Shown: piece by piece, positions 37,454 to 43,636 of the stretch | How positions within the stretch are numbered: position 1 is the first letter of the stretch | How the letters are laid out: each line of letters begins with the position of its first letter | IMG/VR virus record: IMGVR_UViG_2974620188_000001 | Location: 48,317 to 112,316 of that record | From: a virus | Taxonomy: Duplodnaviria; Heunggongvirae; Uroviricota; Caudoviricetes; Demerecviridae | Direction: 5' to 3' (one strand) | DNA: 64,000 nucleotides | Notes under the pieces: model-generated | Database searches by the model: none | Seen by the model: the letters and a program-made list of their open reading frames with translations, nothing else | Told to the model about the DNA's origin: nothing | Translations under genes and position numbers: made by a program

Positions 37454-37533
37454 AGGGTCGTTAGCCAAGCGGTTTGGCGGTGGACTGTTAATCCATGTCG
37501 AAAGACAACGTAGGTTCGAATCCTACACGGCCC
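37454..37533 (+). tRNA. tRNA-Asn (anticodon GUU) with an unusually long 13-nt variable region
   Basis: Acceptor GGGTCGT/ACGGCCC, D-arm GCC-AAGCGGTTT-GGC, anticodon stem GTGGA/TCCAT with loop CTGTTAA, variable GTCGAAAGACAAC, T-arm GTAGG-TTCGAAT-CCTAC, GCCA. Confidence 0.5.
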
Positions 37534-37639
37534 GCCAAATTCTGTGTAGAGTTAAGTAAACCGGTAGCCAACCAGCTATCATTGCTGACATCGAATTCAG
37601 CCGCAGATACCATTTTCATTAATAACTGAGGAAACAAGC

Positions 37640-37825
37640 ATGTCCAAGAATGTAATTGCACAGCTAGAAGTTCATCGTGATAGCACTATCAACAATATTG
37701 AAGTTGAGAAGAAATACATCGAAGAACTTAAACATGATATACTAGTAAGTCTCAACCGTCTTAATGTACGAAAAGAGTTTCTTAAAGAACTTAATGCAGC
37801 TATTGAAAAACTCAAAGCTGAGTAA
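37640..37825 (+). CDS. hypothetical coiled-coil protein (61 aa)
   Basis: ORF with RBS GAGGAAAC. Confidence 0.5.
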   Translation: MSKNVIAQLEVHRDSTINNIEVEKKYIEELKHDILVSLNRLNVRKEFLKELNAAIEKLKAE

Positions 37826-37834
37826 ATGAATTAT

Positions 37835-37908
37835 GCGACCGGGGCTGGCTTGGTAATGGTACTCCCCTGTCACGGGAGAGAATGTGGGTTCAAATCCCAT
37901 CGGTCGCG
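37835..37908 (+). tRNA. tRNA-Asp (anticodon GUC)
   Basis: Acceptor GCGACCG/CGGTCGC, anticodon stem CTCCC/GGGAG with loop CTGTCAC, T-arm GTGGG-TTCAAAT-CCCAT, GCCA. Confidence 0.7.
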
Positions 37909-37937
37909 CCAAACTAAACTAGCACGAGAAATATGCT

Positions 37938-38285
37938 ATGATTAATGCTAAAGAAGAGTTGTTACTTGCCCTAAAGAATACTAAGTCTGAAGTTAAGTGT
38001 ATTAAGATAGAATTCGGTTATTATGGGGATAAAGAAGTTTGGGTATTACCCGTAGGTTATACAGAAAAAGATATTGAAGATTTTCTAGATAATCTAGACT
38101 TTAAATATGATTCCGGTTTCGGCGGACAATTGCTTTATGGTAACGTATGGTTTACTGATGGAACTTGGTTAGAACGTGGTGAATACGACGGTTCTGAATG
38201 GTGGGAATATAAGGCTACACCAGCAATCCCAGAAGAATGCCGAACAATTAATGGTGAAGTAGATAATACTTTACGGTTAAGCTAA
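37938..38285 (+). CDS. hypothetical protein (115 aa)
   Basis: ORF. Confidence 0.55.
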   Translation: MINAKEELLLALKNTKSEVKCIKIEFGYYGDKEVWVLPVGYTEKDIEDFLDNLDFKYDSGFGGQLLYGNVWFTDGTWLERGEYDGSEWWEYKATPAIPEECRTINGEVDNTLRLS

Positions 38286-38290
38286 TAAAA

Positions 38291-38397
38291 TTTCAGTGCA
38301 GAACACGGAGCTAGCAATTCGGAAGTGCCGACTCATGATAAGCTGCCTATGTACTTGCTAAGCGGTCGTGTCCAAGACTCGGACTCTTGCACTGAAA
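38291..38397 (+). ncRNA. candidate small stable RNA closed by a 10-bp terminal stem
   Basis: TTCAGTGCAG (38292-38301) pairs with CTTGCACTGAA (38386-38396), enclosing ~85 nt of internally paired sequence. No ORF. Lies inside a tRNA transcription unit. Confidence 0.35.
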
Positions 38398-38407
38398 ACA
38401 ATCAAAC

Positions 38408-38528
38408 ATTCTAGCGTGGTTGATGGGGAAACCAGCTTGGCGAGGGCAGAAGCTCGTTCGATTCGAGTGAAAGAATGGTTCTCGTAAGTCCGCACAAGTG
38501 ATAGCAGGTTCGAGTCCTGTCTAGAATG
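38408..38528 (+). ncRNA. oversized tRNA-like RNA (~121 nt): canonical acceptor, D-arm and T-arm plus ~45 extra nt and a second T-arm-like hairpin
   Basis: Acceptor ATTCTAG/CTAGAAT, D-arm TGGT-TGATGGGGAA-ACCA, internal GCTCG-TTCGATT-CGAGT, terminal T-arm GCAGG-TTCGAGT-CCTGT. No standard anticodon arm. Confidence 0.35.
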
Positions 38529-38717
38529 ACATATTCTGGAGGTTTTGTGAATTACAAAGAATTAGATCTTTTAGCAAATAAATTCACAGAGCTATCTGAT
38601 AACGTTGTATCAAAGGACTCCAACATAGATAATTTTATTACTGAATATCGTGAGGGTATAATCTCTAAACAAGAGTTGTTAGATAAAACGTATAAATATT
38701 TAAAGGGGTTCAGCTAA
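38526..38717 (+). CDS. hypothetical protein (63 aa; possibly starting at GTG 38547)
   Basis: ATG overlaps the 3' end of the tRNA-like locus. Alternative GTG start with GGAGG upstream. Confidence 0.45.
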   Translation: MTYSGGFVNYKELDLLANKFTELSDNVVSKDSNIDNFITEYREGIISKQELLDKTYKYLKGFS

Positions 38718-39000
38718 ACGGTTAAGCACTGTCCTACTTCGGACAGAGGGAGTAACACGTAGTCTCCCAAACTCCACCAAATTTAGATTTCTGCTTCCTA
38801 GAGAACGGACTTCTGAATAAACAAGGCGATGAAGTTTCCGGCCGGTTCTAGTCGCTAAAGTCCCTCTAACGGGGCGTAAGTAAACGAAAGTTTACTTATT
38901 ATGTAGGTTCCGATAGATCGGCGGGTCTATTCTGGCATTTAAGAGGGGTCTCGCAAACTTCTTTGTCAGCCGTGGGGTTGGTAGCCTCCAGGTGGCCTAC
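38718..39000 (+). ncRNA. ~280-nt structured noncoding region (candidate small RNA(s))
   Basis: No ORF. Hairpins CTGTCC-TACTTC-GGACAG and AAGTAAAC-GAAA-GTTTACTT (GNRA loop), a tRNA-like 3' end ...CTCCACCA, and TAGATCGGCGGGTCTA. Confidence 0.3.
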
Positions 39001-39028
39001 ACAATAAGTAAATTTATTAAAAATTCAT

Positions 39029-39057
39029 TTGCTATTCTGCCTAATTCTCTGTATAAT
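39029..39057 (+). promoter_or_regulatory. T5-type early promoter
   Basis: TTGCTA-17 nt-TATAAT. Confidence 0.55.
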
Positions 39058-39088
39058 ATATTTTATAAAGTGAGTTAACAAAAATTAA

Positions 39089-39161
39089 CAGTGCGTAGCG
39101 CAGTTGGTAGCGTGGGAGCCTTGGATGCTTCGGGTCGCAGGTTCGAGTCCTGCCGCACTGA
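39089..39161 (+). tRNA. tRNA-Pro (anticodon UGG)
   Basis: Acceptor CAGTGCG/CGCACTG, anticodon stem GGAGC/GCTTC with loop CTTGGAT, T-arm GCAGG-TTCGAGT-CCTGC, ACCA. Confidence 0.7.
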
Positions 39162-39170
39162 CCAAACAAT

Positions 39171-39245
39171 TGCGGGTTAGATCTCTGGTAGAGATCGCTA
39201 GTCTCATAAGCTAGAAAGAGGTAGGTTCGATTCCTGCACCCGCTT
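39171..39245 (+). tRNA. tRNA with anticodon CAU (Met/fMet/Ile2 type) with U1.U72 mismatch
   Basis: Acceptor TGCGGGT/ACCCGCT, D-arm GATCT-CTGGTAG-AGATC, anticodon stem CTAGT/GCTAG with loop CTCATAA, T-arm GTAGG-TTCGATT-CCTGC, TCCA. Confidence 0.55.
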
Positions 39246-39268
39246 CCATTTTAATAGAGGATTTCGAA

Positions 39269-39436
39269 ATGAAAGTATTTCGATTAGTAGTAAGTGACAA
39301 ACGTTTAGGTAAGAATACATCAAAATCCTTACTCGCTCATTATGGTAAAAATTGGGATGAAGTAATGGCAGAGTTTAATACTAATCACCCTTACTTGAAA
39401 GTTCACTCTATTAAAGAAGTATACAATGGTTACTAA
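39269..39436 (+). CDS. hypothetical small protein (55 aa)
   Basis: MKVFRLVVSDKRLGKNTSKS... with RBS GAGGA. Confidence 0.45.
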   Translation: MKVFRLVVSDKRLGKNTSKSLLAHYGKNWDEVMAEFNTNHPYLKVHSIKEVYNGY

Positions 39437-39437
39437 T

Positions 39438-39513
39438 AGATCGCTAGCTCAATAGGTTTAGTAGCATCCGACTTTTAATCGGAAGGTTCTGGGTTCGAGT
39501 CCCAGGCGATCTA
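39438..39513 (+). tRNA. tRNA-Lys (anticodon UUU)
   Basis: Acceptor AGATCGC/GCGATCT, anticodon stem TCCGA/TCGGA with loop CTTTTAA, T-arm CTGGG-TTCGAGT-CCCAG, ACCA. Confidence 0.65.
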
Positions 39514-39533
39514 CCAATTTAAAGGAATTTGTT

Positions 39534-39851
39534 ATGAATATTAACAAAGTTCTAGAAACAATATCAGAAATGTCTGGCAGAGCCGGAAAACGCTTTACTG
39601 AACTGTGTATTAAAAATCAAAAAGTACCAGAACATCAGTGTCATTATTGTCGAGACTGTGAACAATACCATGAAATGTGTATGGTTGAAGATTGGGTCTG
39701 GGATCAGATAAGAAAAGGGCAGCCCAAAGATATTGTTCTATGTTTCACTTGTATGGAACGACGCTTAGGACGTAAAATTACTCTTAAAGATCTTAAGCAT
39801 GTTCCGTGTAATGCACCTTACTTCATTGGCTTTAGAATGGAGAGATTTTAA
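39534..39851 (+). CDS. Cys-rich hypothetical protein (105 aa), probable zinc-binding
   Basis: CHYCRDCEQYHEMC...CFTCMERR with RBS AAAGGAA. Confidence 0.55.
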   Translation: MNINKVLETISEMSGRAGKRFTELCIKNQKVPEHQCHYCRDCEQYHEMCMVEDWVWDQIRKGQPKDIVLCFTCMERRLGRKITLKDLKHVPCNAPYFIGFRMERF

Positions 39852-39994
39852 TGACTATCTGGTTTTACTTAATGAAGCAGAAAATAAAAGATTCCTATGT
39901 ATTTTCTGCCGATTTTACAATAGGTATGTTTTTAGCGGGATTTTGTGAATTTCTGTTCGAAGCATTTTTAGTAGCAAATCTTTTGCTCGGTTAG
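39851..39994 (+). CDS. putative 47-aa membrane peptide
   Basis: TAATG overlap with the upstream stop. Sequence MTIWFYLMKQKIKDSYVFSADFTIGMFLAGFCEFLFEAFLVANLLLG. 3' end overlaps tRNA-Val. Confidence 0.3.
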   Translation: MTIWFYLMKQKIKDSYVFSADFTIGMFLAGFCEFLFEAFLVANLLLG

Positions 39995-40055
39995 TTTAAT
40001 GGGAGAACCCCGCCTTTACACGGCGGTTGTGATAGTTCGATTCTATCACCGAGTA
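39985..40055 (+). tRNA. tRNA-Val (anticodon UAC)
   Basis: Acceptor GCTCGGT/ACCGAGT, anticodon stem CCGCC/GGCGG with loop TTTACAC, T-arm GATAG-TTCGATT-CTATC, ACCA. Confidence 0.65.
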
Positions 40056-40077
40056 CCAATTAATTCAAAATAAGGAA

Positions 40078-40446
40078 TTGCAAATGCAATTATCAAACAA
40101 GATTCAAGGTTATTTCGGTCATGTGACAATGGAGTTCGCGTTGCAGCATGGCTGGGATATGGAAAAAGATCTATCGGAATTTTATGAGTCTCATAAAGAG
40201 ATTGATCTTAGTTCTGTCTATTTGGGATTATCTACTGGTCAAGAACTTACAGAATATGATGTATTCAAGGCAAGTCAAGGTGAGATAACACCTAGTTTTG
40301 CCGAGTTCTGGTTAGGAATTACTTTGAGGGATAATGCACCAGATGAAGGTGTGGTTATGCAAAGTATGCACTCTGGAAGCTCTGATTACCTTTACGTTCG
40401 TGATGTAAAGGAACTACAGGAAATCGCTAAAAATGTACTTGCTTAA
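40078..40446 (+). CDS. hypothetical protein (122 aa)
   Basis: ORF with RBS AAGGAATTG and a TTG start as in the track. Confidence 0.55.
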   Translation: MQMQLSNKIQGYFGHVTMEFALQHGWDMEKDLSEFYESHKEIDLSSVYLGLSTGQELTEYDVFKASQGEITPSFAEFWLGITLRDNAPDEGVVMQSMHSGSSDYLYVRDVKELQEIAKNVLA

Positions 40447-40468
40447 TGCTTAATTTCTTGTTATAATA
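40439..40468 (+). promoter_or_regulatory. T5-type early promoter driving a structured leader plus tRNA block
   Basis: TTGCTT-18 nt-TATAAT. The leader forms the hairpin GATGAGG-AGAGAT-CCTCATC. Confidence 0.55.
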
Positions 40469-40483
40469 TTTATATAAATTGAT

Positions 40484-40705
40484 GAGGAGAGATCCTCATC
40501 ACAGTTCACTAAGGTATTAGCTCGACCTAGGACTGGCTGCCAAAAAGCACGATCCCTATGACTCGGGAGAAGTTCTAGATTAGTCCACTAGATTCAGCGG
40601 CAACTGAATAGTGTATCGGGTTTGCGAGATGACGCGGTTCCTTCCGCTTGAAGCGAAGGTGCTGTAGTTACGCCGAGCTAATAGCCTTAGTAAACTAAAG
40701 AATTT
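40484..40705 (+). ncRNA. ~220-nt structured noncoding leader upstream of tRNA-Ala (candidate small RNA or processed spacer)
   Basis: No ORF. Nested helix CCTTCCGCTTGAAGCGAAGG and other hairpins. Confidence 0.3.
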
Positions 40706-40781
40706 GGGGAATGGGTCTGCATGGAGTGGACACCTCGCTTGCACCGAGGACATCAGAACGGTTCGATTCCGTTATTCTCCA
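40706..40781 (+). tRNA. tRNA-Ala (anticodon UGC)
   Basis: Acceptor GGGGAAT/ATTCTCC (G3.U70), D-arm GTCT-GCATGGAGT-GGAC, anticodon stem CCTCG/CGAGG with loop CTTGCAC, T-arm AACGG-TTCGATT-CCGTT, ACCA. Confidence 0.65.
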
Positions 40782-40789
40782 CCAAACAT

Positions 40790-40863
40790 GCGTGATTGAT
40801 GGAATTGGCATACATACCGTCCTTAGAAGTCGGGTTTTGAGGGTTCGAATCCCTTGTCACGCA
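40790..40863 (+). tRNA. tRNA with anticodon UAG (Leu-type anticodon, class I), paralog of 35720..35793
   Basis: Acceptor GCGTGAT/GTCACGC, anticodon stem CCGTC/GTCGG (central U.U) with loop CTTAGAA, variable GTTTT, T-arm GAGGG-TTCGAAT-CCCTT, ACCA. Confidence 0.5.
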
Positions 40864-40879
40864 CCAAATTTGATGGTCA

Positions 40880-40945
40880 GAGTAAATTAAACCTACTATC
40901 TCGGTTGAGCTGTTTTAATGGGTTCGAATCCCAGCGAGGCGTAAC
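40880..40945 (+). ncRNA. tRNA-like fragment / mini-helix (T-arm + short acceptor-like stem)
   Basis: TATCTCG...TGGG-TTCGAAT-CCCA-GCGAGG. No D- or anticodon arm and no CCA. Confidence 0.25.
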
Positions 40946-40978
40946 TGCCTGGTGTGGTAGAGGCATCATCTTATTATT

Positions 40979-41066
40979 GGAAGAGCAAATCGAATTGGCG
41001 ACGAAAACCGCTTGGAAAGTGGCTGACTGGTAAAACGGCTTGAGAGTTCAAATCTCTCCTCTTCCG
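40979..41066 (+). tRNA. tRNA-Ser (anticodon GGA), class II
   Basis: Acceptor GGAAGAG/CTCTTCC, anticodon loop TTGGAAA on ACCGC/GTGGC, long variable arm, T-arm GAGAG-TTCAAAT-CTCTC, GCCA. Confidence 0.6.
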
Positions 41067-41075
41067 CCAAACAAT

Positions 41076-41162
41076 AGAAGATAGGACGTAGTGGTACGTA
41101 ACTGGTCTTGAAAACCAGCCCGCTGTAGCGATACGGTGATGGTTCGACTCCATTATCTTCTG
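41076..41162 (+). tRNA. tRNA-Ser (anticodon UGA), class II
   Basis: Acceptor AGAAGAT/ATCTTCT, anticodon stem CTGGT/ACCAG with loop CTTGAAA, variable arm with CGCT/AGCG stem, T-arm GATGG-TTCGACT-CCATT, GCCA. Confidence 0.65.
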
Positions 41163-41185
41163 CCAATTAACCATAAGGAAACCTT

Positions 41186-41359
41186 ATGAGCAAAACAGTT
41201 ACTGTAACAATGAAGGATGGTACAAAATTTAGAGCATGTCTTCATGAAACAGATAAGGGATGGATGGCTTATTTGCCACACCTAGATTCCACTGGGTATG
41301 GAATGACCCAACGTGAAGCTATTGTTGATGCTTTAAATGAGGCTTCTGCTGGTTTATAA
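41186..41359 (+). CDS. hypothetical small protein (57 aa)
   Basis: MSKTVTVTMKDGTKFRACLHETDKGW... with RBS AAGGAAAC. Confidence 0.45.
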   Translation: MSKTVTVTMKDGTKFRACLHETDKGWMAYLPHLDSTGYGMTQREAIVDALNEASAGL

Positions 41360-41364
41360 AAAAT

Positions 41365-41500
41365 TCTTGAAGTATGCCGGAATTGGTAGACGGGGCTGCC
41401 TAAAAGGTTTATAAGGAACATCCACTCCTTGCAACATACCTCATAAAGCGGCTGAGATAAATGGTCTATCTCGTGAAGGTTCAAGTCCTTCTGCTTCTTG
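41365..41500 (+). ncRNA. oversized tRNA-like locus (D-arm-like and T-arm ~85 nt apart)
   Basis: GCCGG-AATTGGTAG-ACGG D-arm-like element and GAAGG-TTCAAGT-CCTTC T-arm with 3' TGCTTCT (no CCA). Intervening hairpin GAGATAAATGGTCTATCTC. Confidence 0.3.
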
Positions 41501-41615
41501 ATATATCTATGGCTCAAAGTGTAACGGTGCTATTTGATGCTCTTAGTAAGACTTCCCCGACATGCGTTCGGGAGTAAGCTGCTAAGGCTAGGGTAGAAGA
41601 GTTTCGGAGAGCCGC

Positions 41616-41735
41616 CACAATTGAAAATTCGTACTCGTCTTGAGCTGCGTGCAATAGGAGATAACTTGATTAGTATTCTAGAACATGCTAATTGAGGAAG
41701 GTTTCGCTAACCCTGCGAGTTTTCAATTGTGGCTA
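41616..41735 (+). ncRNA. candidate small stable RNA closed by a 14-bp long-range stem, abutting tRNA-His
   Basis: GCCACAATTGAAAA (41616-41629) pairs with TTTTCAATTGTGGC (41722-41735), enclosing ~90 nt. The 3' strand overlaps the tRNA-His 5' acceptor. Confidence 0.35.
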
Positions 41736-41802
41736 TATCATAATTGGTTAATGATCCTGATTGTGAATCAGGCCTATGTGGATTCGAATTCCACTAGCCA
41801 CC
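41729..41802 (+). tRNA. tRNA-His (anticodon GUG)
   Basis: Acceptor GTGGCTA/TAGCCAC, D-arm TCAT-AATTGGTTA-ATGA, anticodon stem CCTGA/TCAGG with loop TTGTGAA, T-arm GTGGA-TTCGAAT-TCCAC, CCCA. Confidence 0.7.
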
Positions 41803-41830
41803 CCAAATTAACTTAAATAGGAAATAAAAT

Positions 41831-42025
41831 ATGGCTGATTTCTGCAAACAATGCTCCATTGATATGTGGGGCAGAGATACTGGTGATCTTTCTGGTTTGA
41901 TTACAGAAGCTGAAGTTAAAGAAGGCTACGGTGCTGTTGTGATTTGCGAGGGATGCGGAGTTATTCGAGTAGATCATGAAGGCAAACGTTTGGAAGAATC
42001 TGAGCCAACAACAATTTTTCCGTAG
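41831..42025 (+). CDS. zinc-ribbon protein (64 aa)
   Basis: CKQC...CEGCG motifs with RBS AGGAAATAAAAT. Confidence 0.55.
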   Translation: MADFCKQCSIDMWGRDTGDLSGLITEAEVKEGYGAVVICEGCGVIRVDHEGKRLEESEPTTIFP

Positions 42026-42037
42026 AATAAAAATTAT

Positions 42038-42110
42038 TGGGATGTAGATCAATTGGCAGATCGTCGGCCTCTGACTCCGAAGGTTCCACGTTCGATCCGT
42101 GGCATCCCAG
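42038..42110 (+). tRNA. tRNA-Gln (anticodon CUG)
   Basis: Acceptor TGGGATG/CATCCCA, D-arm GATC-AATTGGCA-GATC, anticodon stem TCGGC/TCCGA with loop CTCTGAC, T-arm CCACG-TTCGATC-CGTGG, GCCA. Confidence 0.6.
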
Positions 42111-42119
42111 CCAAATAAT

Positions 42120-42192
42120 TGGAGAGTAGTGTAACGGTTAGCACAACGGCCTTTGACTCCGTTAATGGTAGGTTCGATTCCTCCTTCTCCAG
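42120..42192 (+). tRNA. tRNA-Gln (anticodon UUG)
   Basis: Acceptor TGGAGAG/TTCTCCA, anticodon stem ACGGC/TCCGT with loop CTTTGAC, T-arm GTAGG-TTCGATT-CCTCC (one U.C), GCCA. Confidence 0.6.
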
Positions 42193-42203
42193 CCAAACAA
42201 TAA

Positions 42204-42276
42204 GCGGTTAAGCACACGGGTTGTGTCGCAGGCCTTCCAAGCCTCGCTGAGTAGGGTTCGATTCCCTCTAGCCGCT
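42204..42276 (+). tRNA. tRNA-Gly (anticodon UCC)
   Basis: Acceptor GCGGTTA/TAGCCGC, anticodon loop CTTCCAA on AGGC/GCCT, T-arm TAGGG-TTCGATT-CCCTC, TCCA. Confidence 0.55.
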
Positions 42277-42295
42277 CCAACTTTAAGGAAACACT

Positions 42296-42547
42296 ATGCA
42301 CGTTTTTGAGTTTCGTAATAAAAGTACTGATAAGCGAGTTATCATTATTGGAGAAACATATCGAGCATATGAACAAACTGACGGCTCTGTTATCTTGAAT
42401 GATGAGAAAGGAGGTTTTAGTTTTTATCCAGAAGAACCTTATGAAGAGTTTCGAAAACAATTTAACCTAGACTGGAGAAAGCATTTAAACACTGTTGCTT
42501 CATCTGTAGTATTGCCAACTACCAGTACTGTACTCTCTAATGGCTGA
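42296..42547 (+). CDS. hypothetical protein (83 aa)
   Basis: ORF with RBS AAGGAAAC. Confidence 0.5.
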   Translation: MHVFEFRNKSTDKRVIIIGETYRAYEQTDGSVILNDEKGGFSFYPEEPYEEFRKQFNLDWRKHLNTVASSVVLPTTSTVLSNG

Positions 42548-42704
42548 CAACCTAAAAGTAAAGATTGATAAACAAAAGAAACGTGTAGAAGTAGAGATTG
42601 GTGAAGAACGTGTTGCCTTTACTTTTGAATTTCTACAGCAAATGGCAATGGCAGTTATGACTGATAAGTCTCCTGTTATTGAAAAAGAAATCCCGTTGAA
42701 ATAA
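42540..42704 (+). CDS. hypothetical small protein (54 aa)
   Basis: MADNLKVKIDKQKKRVEVEIGEE... overlaps the upstream stop. Followed by hairpin TCCCGTTGAAATAACGGGA. Confidence 0.4.
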   Translation: MADNLKVKIDKQKKRVEVEIGEERVAFTFEFLQQMAMAVMTDKSPVIEKEIPLK

Positions 42705-42714
42705 CGGGATCATC

Positions 42715-42786
42715 GCTCCTAAAGCATTGCTGGCGATGCAGTTGCCTTGTAAGCATCTGAACCGGGTTCGATTCCTGGTGGGAGCA
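42715..42786 (+). tRNA. tRNA-Thr (anticodon UGU)
   Basis: Acceptor GCTCCTA/TGGGAGC, D-arm GCAT-TGCTGGCG-ATGC, anticodon loop CTTGTAA, T-arm CCGGG-TTCGATT-CCTGG, ACCA. Confidence 0.65.
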
Positions 42787-42804
42787 CCAAATTTAAAAAT
42801 TCAT

Positions 42805-42833
42805 TTGCCTTCTCTCTTATTTATTGTTATAAT
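42805..42833 (+). promoter_or_regulatory. T5-type early promoter
   Basis: TTGCCT-17 nt-TATAAT with leader TATAAATTAATGAGAGGG. Confidence 0.6.
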
Positions 42834-42863
42834 ATTTATATAAATTAATGAGAGGGAAACCAA

Positions 42864-43157
42864 ATGAAACGTTATCTTTCTGTTGTGTTCCAAACTGGTG
42901 GTCAACGCTATACTTACGAATTTCCTAGCTCTTGGAAGATCAAAGAAGGTGATCAAGTAGTAGTGTTAACACCGCGTGAAGAGTATAAAGTAGTAACGGT
43001 TAAACAGATATTTCCAAAAGATCGTGAACCAGCTAAAGGCATTCGCTATAAGATGATTCATGGTGTAGTTCGTCAAGTACCCAGGGTGGACATCGAGGTC
43101 AAAGTAGATAAAGATGGTAAACTTAAATATACCTCTTGCTTAGACGAGTTGCTATAA
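42864..43157 (+). CDS. hypothetical protein (97 aa)
   Basis: ORF. Confidence 0.55.
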   Translation: MKRYLSVVFQTGGQRYTYEFPSSWKIKEGDQVVVLTPREEYKVVTVKQIFPKDREPAKGIRYKMIHGVVRQVPRVDIEVKVDKDGKLKYTSCLDELL

Positions 43158-43363
43158 TGAGAATTACTTTCACAGAAAAGATTATGGGTAATGGTATTAT
43201 GATCATTACCGCATGGGATGGAAATCAGTGGTGTAGTGTTTCAGGTATTAAGCCTGAAGAACAAACACTAGAAAATATCTCAAAGATTAAGCGAAGAATG
43301 GCAGAACGTGCACGACTTCCAGGTGCGCCTAGAAATGGTAAATGTTCTGCAATTAAATGTTAA
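43157..43363 (+). CDS. hypothetical protein (68 aa)
   Basis: TAATG overlap start. MRITFTEKIMGNGIMIITAWDG... Confidence 0.45.
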   Translation: MRITFTEKIMGNGIMIITAWDGNQWCSVSGIKPEEQTLENISKIKRRMAERARLPGAPRNGKCSAIKC

Positions 43364-43364
43364 T

Positions 43365-43438
43365 GCTTCGGTAGCTTAGCGATCTAAAGCACTCGGCTGA
43401 TAACCGAGAGATCGGGGGTTTAAATCCCTCCCGGAGTA
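43365..43438 (+). tRNA. tRNA-Ile (anticodon GAU) lacking D-loop GG and T-loop C56
   Basis: Acceptor GCTTCGG/CCGGAGT, D-loop AGCGATCTA (no GG), anticodon stem CTCGG/CCGAG with loop CTGATAA, T-arm GGGGG-TTTAAAT-CCCTC, ACCA. Confidence 0.6.
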
Positions 43439-43537
43439 CCAAATTTAGGAATTAAGACTATGCGTCCAGGAAAGTTTAAAAAAGCTAATTGGTCTAAAGA
43501 GTATAAAGAATACTTACTTAGCCTAGTAAAATATAAC

Positions 43538-43610
43538 AGTTAGTTGGCAGAGTGGTTATGCACCTCCTTCATACGGAGCGACTACAGTGGTTCAAATCCA
43601 CTACTAACTA
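43538..43610 (+). tRNA. tRNA with anticodon CAU (third Met/Ile2-type)
   Basis: Acceptor AGTTAGT/ACTAACT, anticodon loop TTCATAC on CTCC/GGAG, T-arm AGTGG-TTCAAAT-CCACT, ACCA. Confidence 0.6.
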
Positions 43611-43636
43611 CCAAATTCTAACATCGGGGAGATCTA

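Noticed and set aside
38408-38528. Group I intron inside a tRNA
   Set aside because: Total locus is only about 121 nt, far too short for a group I intron, and no P-element-like pairings were seen.
40966-41174. Track ORFs 40966..41166 and 40974..41174 on the minus strand
   Set aside because: Antisense to two well-formed tRNA-Ser genes, with no RBS. Spurious.
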